From Mycolicibacterium sp. (GTDB taxonomy: Bacteria; Actinomycetota; Actinomycetes; Mycobacteriales; Mycobacteriaceae), in assembly GCF_050250295.1 (NCBI RefSeq), contig NZ_JBFWOX010000012.1: 64,000 bases of DNA; one strand, 5' to 3'. Numbering within the stretch: position 1 is the first letter of the stretch; the number at the start of each line of letters is the position of its first letter. Both the position numbers and the translations under genes were made by a program. This document shows positions 1-9,603 of the stretch, piece by piece. The notes below the pieces were generated by a model. That model ran no database searches and was not told where the DNA came from. It saw only the letters and a program-made list of their open reading frames with translations.

Positions 1-1965
1 GCGGTTGGTGAGCCAACCGCCGGCCCGCATGTGCCAGTCGTAGGCCCCGGCCAGGTCACCGGCGGCCTCGAGGTGTTCGGCGATCAGTGCCGCGTTGTCC
101 TCCACCGAGCCCGCGGCGCGCTGCTGGATCGCGCCGGCCAGGCGCCGGTGCCATTCCGCGCGATCCGATTTCAGCTGTGATTCGTAGGCCACCGCGCGGA
201 TCAGCGGGTGCCGGAACGCGTACTCGCTCCCGGTGGGGACCGTGTCGATCAGCTCCGCACGCAGCAGCTCGTCGAGCACCGCGTCGATGCCCAACGCGGA
301 CAACAGCTGCGGCTCGAACCGGGCTCCGATCACCGACGCCGCGTTCAGCGTCGCCCGGGCCGGCGCGGTGAGCCGGTCCAGGCGGGCCTCGATGGCCGCG
401 GCGACGGTGGCGGGCACCCCGACCTCGGCGGCGTCGGTGCGGCAGGTGTAGCCGCCGGGTTCGCCGCCGAAAGCCCCGCGCTGCACCAGCTCCCGCACGA
501 TCTCCTCGACGAAGAATGGGTTGCCCGCACCCCGCTCGGCGATGACGGCCGCCAGCTCACCGACCGAGGGATCCGATCCGATCAGCTCACCCAGCAGCGT
601 CTTGACGTCCGAATCCGCCAGGGGGGCGAGGATCAGCGGGCGGGCACCGGGTAGCCGCAGCAGCGGACCGTCGTACTCGGGGCGGGAGGTGATCAGCACC
701 ACCGACGAGGTGCGTGCGATCACCGCAAGGAAATCGGCGATCAGGGTCTCGCTGACCGCGTCGATCCAGTGCGCGTCCTCGATGACGAACAGCGCCGGGT
801 GGGTGCGGGCCAGCGCGACCGTGCTGATCAAGCCCGTCAACCGGCTGCGCCTGGAGTCGGGATCCAGTTGGGGCACAGGGACGCTCGGGTCCACGATGCC
901 CAGTAGATCCTCGAGCAGGTGGACATCTAGCGGGTCGGCGTCGGGTAGCTGGCGGCGCACCAGCGTGCGTGCGGTGTCGGCGTCGACGCCGGTGACCCCG
1001 CGGCTGGCCCGCAACAGCCGGGTCACCGCGTAGAACGGGATGTCGCGGGCGTGCGACTCGCAGAACGTCCAGAACACCTCCATGCCGCGCCCCGCCGCCA
1101 GCGCTGCGGCCTCGCGGGCCACCCGGCTCTTGCCGATGCCGGGCGCCCCCACCACGTTCGCCACCCCACCGCGGCGCTGCGCCGCACCGTCGAGCATCGC
1201 CGCCAGCGCCGCCATCTCCGGACCGCGGCCCACCAGGCTCGCCTCGATGCGGCCGGGCGCCTCCTCGCGCGGCCCGATGCCGGTCAGCCGGCGCGCAGGC
1301 ACCGGACCGTCGCGGCCCTTGATGTGCACCGACTCCGGAGCGGCCAGCGCCACCTTGTGCTCGACCAGCCGGGCCGTCGCCTCGGACAGCAACACCCCAC
1401 CCGGGGGCGCGGCCGATTCCATCCGGTGGGCGAATCCGACGGTGTCGCCGGTGGCCGCGTAACGCGGTGCGCCCGAACCGATCTCACCGGCGATCACCCG
1501 GCCGGAGTCGAGGCCGACCCGGACCCGCAGGCTCACCCCGTCGCGATGCCGGACCACACGGTCCATCTCGGCCGCCTCGTGCTGGACGGCCATGGCGGCA
1601 AGACAGGCCCGGTACGCGTGGTCCTCCAACGCGGTCGGGGCGCCGAACAGCGCCATCACCCCGTCGCCGGTGTACTCGACGGTGCCGCCGTAGCGCCGGA
1701 CCGCGGTCGCCGCCCGTTCGACCAGTTCGGTGACGAGGTCGCGCAGCCGCTCCATGTCGAGGGCGGCGGCCAGGTCCATCGACCGGACCATGTCGGCGAA
1801 CAGCACCGTCACTTGCTTGTATTCGGCTGCTCGGGTGGCCACCCCCACCGGGGCTCCGCACTGGCTGCAGAACCGGGACCCCGGCGGCAGGGCCTGCCCG
1901 CACGACCCGCACGACGGCAACGTGGTCGTCGGTGCACCGCGCCCGTCGTCGGTGTGGGGCTCCAC
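1..1965 (-). CDS. Class III adenylate/guanylate cyclase fused to a P-loop (AAA/STAND-type) ATPase region; 3' end runs off the window
   Basis: Absent from the ORF track because there is no stop in the window. My own minus-strand translation from GTG at 1965 gives VEPHTDDGRGAPTTTLPSCGSCGQALPPGSRFCSQCG (zinc-ribbon-like). Cyclase motifs follow: VTVLFADMVRS, YTGDGVMALFGAP, ATGDTVGFAHRME. Then Walker A GAPGIGKSR. The frame stays open to position 1. Confidence 0.85.
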   Translation of the reverse strand, partial: MEPHTDDGRGAPTTTLPSCGSCGQALPPGSRFCSQCGAPVGVATRAAEYKQVTVLFADMVRSMDLAAALDMERLRDLVTELVERAATAVRRYGGTVEYTGDGVMALFGAPTALEDHAYRACLAAMAVQHEAAEMDRVVRHRDGVSLRVRVGLDSGRVIAGEIGSGAPRYAATGDTVGFAHRMESAAPPGGVLLSEATARLVEHKVALAAPESVHIKGRDGPVPARRLTGIGPREEAPGRIEASLVGRGPEMAALAAMLDGAAQRRGGVANVVGAPGIGKSRVAREAAALAAGRGMEVFWTFCESHARDIPFYAVTRLLRASRGVTGVDADTARTLVRRQLPDADPLDVHLLEDLLGIVDPSVPVPQLDPDSRRSRLTGLISTVALARTHPALFVIEDAHWIDAVSETLIADFLAVIARTSSVVLITSRPEYDGPLLRLPGARPLILAPLADSDVKTLLGELIGSDPSVGELAAVIAERGAGNPFFVEEIVRELVQRGAFGGEPGGYTCRTDAAEVGVPATVAAAIEARLDRLTAPARATLNAASVIGARFEPQLLSALGIDAVLDELLRAELIDTVPTGSEYAFRHPLIRAVAYESQLKSDRAEWHRRLAGAIQQRAAGSVEDNAALIAEHLEAAGDLAGAYDWHMRAGGWLTNR

Positions 1966-2031
1966 GTCAGTATCGTGGCACCGCTTCCGGGCGCTGTCTG
2001 TCGAACCGGGCCGTTGGGCGGGGGAGGGTCG

Positions 2032-2385
2032 TCAGCGGGCGAGCGGCTTGTAGAACACGATGCCGTTGCCCTTGTTGTCGTAGACGACGGCGCGGCGCTC
2101 GTGCGCGTCGTCGTACGGGGCCTTGACGATGCCGCCGCCGGCGTCCTCGATCGCCTTGGCCGCGCCGTCCACATCGTCGGTCTTGATGCCCACCACGACC
2201 TGGCCGGGGATCGGGTGATCGATGGAGGTCGCCAGCGCCAGCGTCACACCGCCGCCGTCGAGCGCCGCGAAGTGGGCGCCGTCGCGGAACTTCAGCGGGA
2301 AGCCGAGGGTCTCGGTGTAGAACGTGATCGACTCCTCGAGGTTGTCGGTCGACAGCACGATCATCCGGACCTGGGGTTCACTCAT
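2032..2385 (-). CDS. VOC/glyoxalase-bleomycin resistance family protein
   Basis: ORF 2032..2445. I take the internal ATG at 2385 (MSEPQVRMIVLSTDNLEESITFYTETLGFPL), which is preceded by GAGGAGG. The sequence is typical of small VOC-fold proteins. Confidence 0.75.
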   Translation of the reverse strand: MSEPQVRMIVLSTDNLEESITFYTETLGFPLKFRDGAHFAALDGGGVTLALATSIDHPIPGQVVVGIKTDDVDGAAKAIEDAGGGIVKAPYDDAHERRAVVYDNKGNGIVFYKPLAR

Positions 2386-2796
2386 CTGTGCCTCCTCATG
2401 GCAGTCAAGCGGTGGGGCCCGCGCCGGGGGTCCGGCGGTTCCCATCGAAGGATCTTAGGCACCGTGGTCGCGCGCCCCCGGGCATCACCACCCGCACCGG
2501 CCGGGGATCGGCGGCCGTTTGCGGCGGACCTGACCCGAGTCAGCGACGGAAATCCGGTTCTTTGGCAGTCGGCGTAGCTGTCTGATTGTCGGGCACCCTG
2601 TGGCATTTCTCTGATCCCGCCGTTTACTAGAATGTCATTCTCGAACTCATTGAGATGGTTGAGAATTGGCACTGACGTCCGGCCGGCCTGTGGCGGAGGC
2701 CGCTGGCGCCGGTTGGCGTCGGGATTTGCCGGATTTTCATTCTCATGTGCATTTTTGTGGTTACCATGGGTGTAACTGCAGAGTCGGGAGGTCCGT

Positions 2797-3801
2797 GTGC
2801 GCGCGAGATGGCCAGATGGGCGCAGATGGCCGCGGATCGCCGGAGCCACCGTCGTCGCGGTCCTCTGCGCTGCCTGCGGCCAGGACACCGGCGCCGGGGA
2901 GGTCGAGCGGGACTACAGCGACGTCGTCCACGTCGTGACGTTCTCCTCGCTGGAGCCCGGCTGGGACGCCACCACCGCCGAGTTCGCCGCGACCGACGGC
3001 CGCGGCCTCGAGGTGGAGATGGGCTCCTCGGGTGACATGGTCACGGCCCTCGCGCAGGGCAAGCACGCCGACATCGCCTACCTCAACGACGCCGATGACA
3101 TGGCCGAGCTGGTCAAGGCCGATCTGGTCCCGGACGACTGGGACAACGGGACCACCGGCGGTTACCCGTTCAGCTCGGTCGTGACGATGGTGGTGCACCC
3201 GGGCAACCCGCGCGGCATCGGCGACTGGCCCGATCTGCTGCAACCCGGCCTGGAGGTCGTCACCCCGAACCCGGTGCGGGTGGGCTCGGGGCGGTGGGCC
3301 CTGCTGGCGGCCTACGCCGCGGCCAGCCACGGAAACCTGAACCCGCAAGCCGGCCACGACTATCTGCGGCGGCTCATCCTCGAACACGTGGCGTTGGGTC
3401 CGTCCACGACCTCGCAGGCCACCGAGGATTTCCTCAACGGCCGCGGGGACGTGTTGCTCGTCTCGGAGGCCTACGCCCTGCACATGGTGCGTGAGGGACT
3501 CGACGTCGAGGTGGTGACGCCGCCCGAGACGCTGCGCACCGACTTCGCGCTGGCCATCACCAACGACGGCCTGGAGAAGCCGGGATCCACCGAGCTCGCG
3601 GAGTTCCTGTTCTCCCCGCGAGGCCAGCAGCTGTGGGCCGAGGCGGGCATCCGCCCGTCCGCACCCGTACCCGGGGTCGAGTTCCCGACCCCGCAGCGCC
3701 TGTGGACGATCGAGGACCTCGGCGGCTGGGATGCCGTCGCGCCCCGGTATTTCGGGGCCAACGGATTCATCACCGACCTGTTCGAGAAAGCGACCCAATG
3801 A
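2797..3801 (+). CDS. Sulfate/thiosulfate-binding periplasmic protein (Sbp/SubI-like) lipoprotein, no cognate permease/ATPase adjacent
   Basis: GTG start 5 nt after GGGAGG. Signal peptide with lipobox-like VLCAACG. PFSSVVTMVVHPGNPRGIGDWPDLLQPGLEVVTPNPVRVGSGRWALLAAY aligns by eye with the E. coli Sbp core. Confidence 0.75.
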   Translation: MRARWPDGRRWPRIAGATVVAVLCAACGQDTGAGEVERDYSDVVHVVTFSSLEPGWDATTAEFAATDGRGLEVEMGSSGDMVTALAQGKHADIAYLNDADDMAELVKADLVPDDWDNGTTGGYPFSSVVTMVVHPGNPRGIGDWPDLLQPGLEVVTPNPVRVGSGRWALLAAYAAASHGNLNPQAGHDYLRRLILEHVALGPSTTSQATEDFLNGRGDVLLVSEAYALHMVREGLDVEVVTPPETLRTDFALAITNDGLEKPGSTELAEFLFSPRGQQLWAEAGIRPSAPVPGVEFPTPQRLWTIEDLGGWDAVAPRYFGANGFITDLFEKATQ

Positions 3802-3816
3802 GACCCCGCGAGCGAC

Positions 3817-5457
3817 TTGCGATGTAGACCACGCCGGCGGTCCCACACCCGGGTGCCGGTGCACGCCCACGACGACAGTCCAGCAGGGGAGGGCGCATAT
3901 CGCAGGTTGCTGGACCGTAGCCTGCTGCCGGTGTGCACCCACGACGGCGATGTCATGACCTATGCCAATCGCGCTGCGGCGGTGATGCTCACCGGTTCCC
4001 CGGACGCGACAGTGGTGGGCCGCCCGATCGCCGACTTCATCCACCCGGATTCGCTGGCGGCGGTGCGCGAGCGGATCTCGCGGATGCGCGACGGCGACGT
4101 CACCCGGGCCTCGGAGATCACCGTGTTGGGGCCCGACGACACCACGCGCACGGTGCCGGTCGTCGCGGCGCGCGACACCCGGCACGGCCTGCCCCGCTAC
4201 GAGGTCCTGTTCTACGATCCGCTGTTCGGCACCGCCGCCGACGACCCCCCCGCTGCCCGCACCGCCGAGGCGATCATCAACACCGACCGGGACGGCATCA
4301 TCACCGGCTGGAACACCGACGCGCACACCCTCTACGGCCGCGCCGGACCCGACGTCATCGGCTCACCGATCGACGAGATCGTCGGAGCTGCAGTACCTCT
4401 CGATGACCTCACCGCCGCGGGCGCCCGGCGGGCGGCCACCCACGTCCGGGCCGACGGAGGTACCGTCGCGGTGCGGGTCCTGGTGGTGCGCAGCGTCGAC
4501 GGGTTCGTGCTCAGTGCGACCGCTGACGTGGTCGCCGACCGGTCCGGCTGGCGCATGCAGGCGCTGCTGGACCTGATCCACGAAGGCGTGGTGGTGATGG
4601 ACAGCGAGGGCCGGGTCGAGTACATGAACGCGGCCGCCCGGCGGATGTTCGGCAGCCAGGCCCGCGACCTCATCGGGCTGCACCACAGCAGCGGGGCGCT
4701 GGACCTGCCGATGTTCGCCCCGAACGGCGAGCAGATCAGCACGGAATCGCATCCGATCCGCTGGATCCAGAAGACCGGGCTGAGCCTGGGTGGTGACGTG
4801 GGGATCGACCGCCTCGACGGCGAGCGGGTGTGGATCAACGGGCACGGCGCGTTGATCGACCCGGACGATCCGGTGCACTCGTCGGTGCTGTTCTCGTTCA
4901 CCGACATCACCGCCCACCACGACGCGCGGACCCGGCTGCTGCACGATGCCACGCACGACGCGCTGACCGGCCTGCCCAACCGGGTGCATGCGCTCAACCG
5001 GGCCGCCGCCGGGCTGGCCCGGACCGGCCCGGGGCGGCTGGCGGCGGTGTTGTTCATCGACCTGGACCGGTTGAAGACCGTCAACGACCGGCACGGGCAC
5101 CCGATCGGCGACGACGTCCTGCGGATCGCCGCCCAGCGGATGCGCGCGGCGGCCAGGGCCGACGACGTGGTGGCCCGCATCGGCGGCGACGAGTTCGTCG
5201 TGCTGTTGATGGGGGCGGTCGCCCCGGGCGAGGTCGACGCGATCGCCCGCCGCCTGCACGAGGTCCTCGCCGACGAGGTCGTCGTCGGATCGTTGCGGTT
5301 GCGGATCGGGGCCAGCATCGGCATCACGACCATCGCCGACTGCGAAACTCGCACGCTCGCCGAGGTCCTCCGCGACGCCGATGCCGCGATGTACCGGGCC
5401 AAGGCCCGCGGACCGGCCAACACGGCCCACTTCCACCCCGACCCCGCGGGTTCCTAA
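3817..5457 (+). CDS. PAS-PAS-GGDEF diguanylate cyclase
   Basis: 546-aa ORF with repeated PAS-like segments and a C-terminal GGDEF domain (DALTGLPNR, RIGGDEFVVLL). The start is uncertain: TTG 3817 or GTG 3853. Confidence 0.85.
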   Translation: MRCRPRRRSHTRVPVHAHDDSPAGEGAYRRLLDRSLLPVCTHDGDVMTYANRAAAVMLTGSPDATVVGRPIADFIHPDSLAAVRERISRMRDGDVTRASEITVLGPDDTTRTVPVVAARDTRHGLPRYEVLFYDPLFGTAADDPPAARTAEAIINTDRDGIITGWNTDAHTLYGRAGPDVIGSPIDEIVGAAVPLDDLTAAGARRAATHVRADGGTVAVRVLVVRSVDGFVLSATADVVADRSGWRMQALLDLIHEGVVVMDSEGRVEYMNAAARRMFGSQARDLIGLHHSSGALDLPMFAPNGEQISTESHPIRWIQKTGLSLGGDVGIDRLDGERVWINGHGALIDPDDPVHSSVLFSFTDITAHHDARTRLLHDATHDALTGLPNRVHALNRAAAGLARTGPGRLAAVLFIDLDRLKTVNDRHGHPIGDDVLRIAAQRMRAAARADDVVARIGGDEFVVLLMGAVAPGEVDAIARRLHEVLADEVVVGSLRLRIGASIGITTIADCETRTLAEVLRDADAAMYRAKARGPANTAHFHPDPAGS

Positions 5458-5564
5458 AGGCCGCCGCGGCGCGGGACTTTCGTCCCTCGCCTGGCGTCAG
5501 CGGTGGCGATAACGTCGACGTAGCAGACGGCAACAGTCCGTCGGTCCATCAAGGAGGCACACCG

Positions 5565-6452
5565 ATGTCCACGAATCCCGAACCTCTCGGCGTCATCGTC
5601 GGAGTCGACGGCTCGGCGGCGGCGCGGGTAGCGGTCGACTGGGCCGCCCGGACCGCCGCACGGCGCAACGTTCCACTGACGCTGGTGCACATCCTGCCGA
5701 GCGCTGCCGTGCAGGGCTGGGTGCAGGTGCCGCTGCCGCCGTCCTTCTTCGAGGACGAGCAGCGTGAGGCCCGCGACATCCTCGCCGACGCCCGCGGTGT
5801 CGCCGAGGCCGCCGCCGGCGGTCCCGACGCCATCCGCCTCGACGAGAAGATCCTGTCCGGTCAGGCCGTGCCGGTGCTGTCGGATCTGTCCAAGGATGCC
5901 GAGCTGATCGTGGTCGGCAGCCGCGGTCTGGGCAACTGGGGACGGCGGCTGCTCGGATCGGTCAGCACCGGGCTGGTCCACCATGCGCACTGCCCGGTAG
6001 CGGTGATCCACGACGAGGACCCGCTGATCCCGCATCCCGACCGGGCCCCGGTGGTGGTCGGCATCGACGGGTCGCCGGCCTCCGAACACGCCACCGCGAT
6101 CGCGTTCGACGAGGCCTCGCGCCGCAACGTCGACCTGATCGCCGTACACACCTGGAGCGACGCCGGCTACGAGCTGCCCGACCTGTCCTGGTCGCAGGTG
6201 CAGCCCGAGGAGGACATGCTGCTCGCCGAGCGGCTCGCCGGGTGGCAGGAGCGCTACCCGGACGTCCCCGTGCGCCGGGTGGTGTGCCGTGACCAGCCGG
6301 CCCGCCGACTGCTGGCGGAAGCTGAGAACGCCCAGCTGCTGGTCGTCGGCAGCCACGGCAGGGGCGGGTTCGCCGGGATGCTGCTCGGCTCGGTGGGCGC
6401 GGAGGTGGTGCAGTCGGCGCGGATCCCCGTGATCGTGGCCAGGCGGTCATGA
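5565..6452 (+). CDS. Tandem-domain universal stress protein (UspA family)
   Basis: ATG 5565 is preceded by AAGGAGG. Two USP repeats are present (VIVGVDGSAAA...LIVVGSRG and VVVGIDGSPAS...LLVVGSHGRGG). Confidence 0.85.
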   Translation: MSTNPEPLGVIVGVDGSAAARVAVDWAARTAARRNVPLTLVHILPSAAVQGWVQVPLPPSFFEDEQREARDILADARGVAEAAAGGPDAIRLDEKILSGQAVPVLSDLSKDAELIVVGSRGLGNWGRRLLGSVSTGLVHHAHCPVAVIHDEDPLIPHPDRAPVVVGIDGSPASEHATAIAFDEASRRNVDLIAVHTWSDAGYELPDLSWSQVQPEEDMLLAERLAGWQERYPDVPVRRVVCRDQPARRLLAEAENAQLLVVGSHGRGGFAGMLLGSVGAEVVQSARIPVIVARRS

Positions 6453-7081
6453 CCACCGGCCGGGCGCGCCCTTGGCTGGCGACGGCAATGGCGTTGGGCG
6501 CGTTGGCCATCGGCTACCGCTCCCGGATCCGGCCGTGGATGTACACCTGGGGTGCCACCCGCGCCGAGTGCGCCGAGAAGCTCCCCGGCGACGAGCTCGT
6601 GGATCCGGGGCGGCCACACACCACCCGGGCGGTCACCGTCGACGCCGGACCCGAGGACGTGTGGCCGTGGCTGGCCCAGATCGGTGAGGACCGCGGCGGG
6701 TTCTACAGCTACAGCAGGCTCGAGCGCGCGGTCGGCGCGGACATCCACAACGCCGAGGTCATCCACCCCGAGTGGCAGGACCTCACCGTCGGCGACACCG
6801 TGTGGCTCGCGCGCCGCGGCGGCGAGCGGGGACGGCAAGTGGTCGCCGCCGTCGAGCCCAAGTCGCATCTGGTGCTGATGACCCCGGCCGACTACGACCG
6901 CGTGCAGCGCGGCGAACCGGCCGGGGGCAGCTGGTCGTTCCACCTGCGCCCCGAGGGCGGGCTGACTCGGCTGCTGGCGCGCGGCAACGGCGGCTACACC
7001 GGCAACGCCGTCTACGACATCGCGCACTTCGTCATGGAGCGCAAGATGCTGCTGGGGATCCAGCACCGGGCCGAGCGGTAG
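6449..7081 (+). CDS. SRPBCC (START/polyketide-cyclase-like) superfamily protein with N-terminal hydrophobic segment
   Basis: ATGA overlap with the usp stop. VWPWLAQIGEDRGGFYSY is typical of mycobacterial SRPBCC proteins. The call rests on motif recognition only. Confidence 0.6.
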   Translation: MTTGRARPWLATAMALGALAIGYRSRIRPWMYTWGATRAECAEKLPGDELVDPGRPHTTRAVTVDAGPEDVWPWLAQIGEDRGGFYSYSRLERAVGADIHNAEVIHPEWQDLTVGDTVWLARRGGERGRQVVAAVEPKSHLVLMTPADYDRVQRGEPAGGSWSFHLRPEGGLTRLLARGNGGYTGNAVYDIAHFVMERKMLLGIQHRAER

Positions 7082-7092
7082 CTCGCTGAGCG

Positions 7093-8235
7093 TTACCGGG
7101 CGGTCAGCCAGGCGTACCGCTGGACGTGGTGATCGGTGGAGCCGAACTCGAACTGCAGCGCGGTGAGCCGCTTGAAGTAGTGCCCGACGGCCAGCTCCTC
7201 GGTCATGCCCATGCCGCCGTGCAGCTGGACCGCCTGCTGGCCGACGAACCGGGCCGCCCGGCCGACGGTCGCCTTGGCCGCCGAGACCGCTCGGGCCCGG
7301 GTCGCCTCGTCGGCTTGCAGGTTGAGGACCGCCAAACGCGCTGCAGCGGCGGCTTGTTCGACCTCCATGTACATGTCCACCATGCGGTGCTGAAGCACCT
7401 GGAAGCTGCCGATCGGCTGGCCGAACTGCTGGCGGTGCTTGGCGTAGTCGACGGTGTCGGCGAGCACCTTGCGCATCGCGCCCACCGCCTCGGCGCACAC
7501 CGCGGCGGCTCCCTCGTCGCGTGCCCGCGACACCGATTGCCACGCACCGCCTTCGGGGCCGAGCAGGGCGGCCGCGGGCACCCGCACGCCGTCGAACTCG
7601 AGATCGGATGCGCGCCGGTCGTCGACGGTGCGGTAGTGGTGCGCCATCAGACCCGACACCTCATCCTTGACGTCGACGGCGAACAGTGAGATGCCGTCTT
7701 CGTCGGCCGGCTGCCCGGACGTCCTGGCGGTGACCAGGACAGTGTCGGCCAGCGGAGTGCCCACCGAGACGATCTTCGAGCCGGTGAGCACCCAGTGCGC
7801 GCCGTCGCGCTCGGCGCGCGTGGAGACGTTCTGCCAGAACTCACCCGATGTCGGCTCGGTCGCGGCCAGCGTGACGATGGCAGAGCCCGAGACGATCCTG
7901 TCCACCAGCGCGGCGGCCAGATCGCCGCCGGCACGGCGCAGCAGCCCCGCCGCGACGACCGCGGTATCGACGTACGGTTCGACCACCAGTGCGTGCCCGA
8001 GCGCCTCGGCGATGAGCATCATCTCGACCGGGCCGCCGCCGATGCCGCCGTACTCCTCGGGGATGGCCGCGCCGAGGATGCCCAGCTCCTCGGCGAACGC
8101 CCGCCAGATGTCGGGCTGCCAGCCGGCCCCGGTCTTGGCCGCCGACCGGCTCTTCTCCAGGTCGTAGCGGGTGGCCAGGAATCGGGTCAGTCCGTCGCGC
8201 AGCAGGGTCTGTTCGTCGGTCAGGGTGAAGTCCAT
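7093..8235 (-). CDS. Acyl-CoA dehydrogenase family protein (downstream member of an abutting pair)
   Basis: 380 aa with ACAD N, middle and C domains recognisable (EEYGGIGG, GSKIVSVG, QLHGGMGMTEE). The C-terminal motif reads QFEFGSTDHH rather than YEGT. Confidence 0.85.
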   Translation of the reverse strand: MDFTLTDEQTLLRDGLTRFLATRYDLEKSRSAAKTGAGWQPDIWRAFAEELGILGAAIPEEYGGIGGGPVEMMLIAEALGHALVVEPYVDTAVVAAGLLRRAGGDLAAALVDRIVSGSAIVTLAATEPTSGEFWQNVSTRAERDGAHWVLTGSKIVSVGTPLADTVLVTARTSGQPADEDGISLFAVDVKDEVSGLMAHHYRTVDDRRASDLEFDGVRVPAAALLGPEGGAWQSVSRARDEGAAAVCAEAVGAMRKVLADTVDYAKHRQQFGQPIGSFQVLQHRMVDMYMEVEQAAAAARLAVLNLQADEATRARAVSAAKATVGRAARFVGQQAVQLHGGMGMTEELAVGHYFKRLTALQFEFGSTDHHVQRYAWLTAR

Positions 8236-9468
8236 TTACAGCCCCAATGCAGCTTTGGCCAGGATGTTGCGCTGAATCTCGTTGCTACCGGCGTAGATCG
8301 AGCCGGCCCGGTCGTTGAGGTAGCGAAGCGGTGCCACCGCCTGCCACGGCTCCCCGCTGACGTAGTCAGCCGCAGGCGGCTCGAAGTCGGCGATCGGCCC
8401 GCCGGGGCAGGTGGCGTGCGGTTGATACACCCGGCCGCGCGGGCCCGCCGCCTCCATGGCGAGCTCGGTGATGGCCTGGCTGAGCTCGGTGCCGAGGACC
8501 TTGAGCATCGAGGACTTCGCGCCGGGGTTGCCGCCCCCGGCGACCACAGCCAGCACCTGGTACTCCAGGATCTCGAGCACCTCGGTGCGGATGCGCGCAT
8601 CGGCGAGCTTGCGGGCGAACGCCGGATCCTCGATCAGCCGGCCGCCGGCCGGGCCGGGCGCATCGGCGGCCACCGCGGCGATCTCCTCGGCCATCACCTG
8701 CAGGCCCGGAGCCACCGCCCCGCCGCCGCGTTCGAACTCCAACAGGTACTTGGCCACCGTCCAGCCGTCGTCGATCGCACCGATGACGTTGGTCTTCGGG
8801 ATCCGCACCTCGTCGAAGAACACCTGGTTCTGCACCTCCTCACCGGAGGTCATCACCAGCGGCCGGATCTGGATGCCCGGCGTGGACATGTCGACGAGCA
8901 CGAACGTGATGCCCCGCTGCTTCTTGTCGGTGCGGGTGGTCCGCACCAGGGCGAACATCCAATTGGCCTCGCGGGCATGCGTCGTCCAGATCTTGCTGCC
9001 CGTGCACACCAGGTGGTCGCCGTCGTCGCGGGCGGCCATCGACAGCGCGGCCAGGTCCGAGCCCGCCTCGGGTTCGGAGTACCCCTGACAGAAGAACACC
9101 TCGCCGGTGAGGATCCGCGGCAGGAAGTAGTCCTTCTGCTCGTCGGTGCCGAACTTGATGATCGCGTGGGCGACCATCCTGATGCCCATCGGTGACAGCG
9201 ACGGGGCGCCGGCGAGCGTGGATTCCCGGCTGAAGATGTAGTGCTGGGTCAGGGTCCAGTCGCAGCCGCCGTAGGCGACCGGCCAGGCCGGCGCCGCCCA
9301 GCCCCGTTCGTGCAGGATCCGCTGCCATTCCATGCTGGCGTCGTGGTCGGAGTAGACGCTGGTCATGAGCCGGCCCGCCCGGCGCAGCTCCGGGGTGAGC
9401 TTCTCGTCGAGAAAGGCGCGCACTTCATCGCGGAACGCGAGGTCGGTCGGTGACCACTGCAGGTCCAT
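8236..9468 (-). CDS. Acyl-CoA dehydrogenase family protein (upstream member of pair)
   Basis: ORF 8236..9495. I prefer ATG 9468 (MDLQWSPTDLAFRDEV). ACAD motifs are present (GYSEPEAGSDL, GSKIWTT). The terminal motif is IYAGSNEIQRNI, with Ala at the canonical catalytic Glu position. Its stop TAA is followed immediately by the ATG of the next gene. Confidence 0.85.
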   Translation of the reverse strand: MDLQWSPTDLAFRDEVRAFLDEKLTPELRRAGRLMTSVYSDHDASMEWQRILHERGWAAPAWPVAYGGCDWTLTQHYIFSRESTLAGAPSLSPMGIRMVAHAIIKFGTDEQKDYFLPRILTGEVFFCQGYSEPEAGSDLAALSMAARDDGDHLVCTGSKIWTTHAREANWMFALVRTTRTDKKQRGITFVLVDMSTPGIQIRPLVMTSGEEVQNQVFFDEVRIPKTNVIGAIDDGWTVAKYLLEFERGGGAVAPGLQVMAEEIAAVAADAPGPAGGRLIEDPAFARKLADARIRTEVLEILEYQVLAVVAGGGNPGAKSSMLKVLGTELSQAITELAMEAAGPRGRVYQPHATCPGGPIADFEPPAADYVSGEPWQAVAPLRYLNDRAGSIYAGSNEIQRNILAKAALGL

Positions 9469-9603
9469 CGGGTCCCTCTCTGCTCGGGGCTCCACACAGA
9501 GTAAACCTAGTTAGTTATGTGGTGGAGGGTCGGGGGTTGCGGACGGCCCCGCCGGGGGCTTCGTCCGCCATCGCGGCCACCCATGCGTTCCTCGGTTCCG
9601 GCA

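Noticed and set aside
1051-2577. A long 508-aa plus-strand ORF, together with similar long ORFs at 2761..4326 (-), 20031..21911 (-), 37100..39121 (-), 41951..43678 (- upstream part), 50509..52701 (+) and others.
   Set aside because: They are Arg/Gly/Pro/Ala-rich low-complexity translations antisense to, or out of frame with, genes that carry clear family motifs. These are typical shadow ORFs of high-GC DNA.
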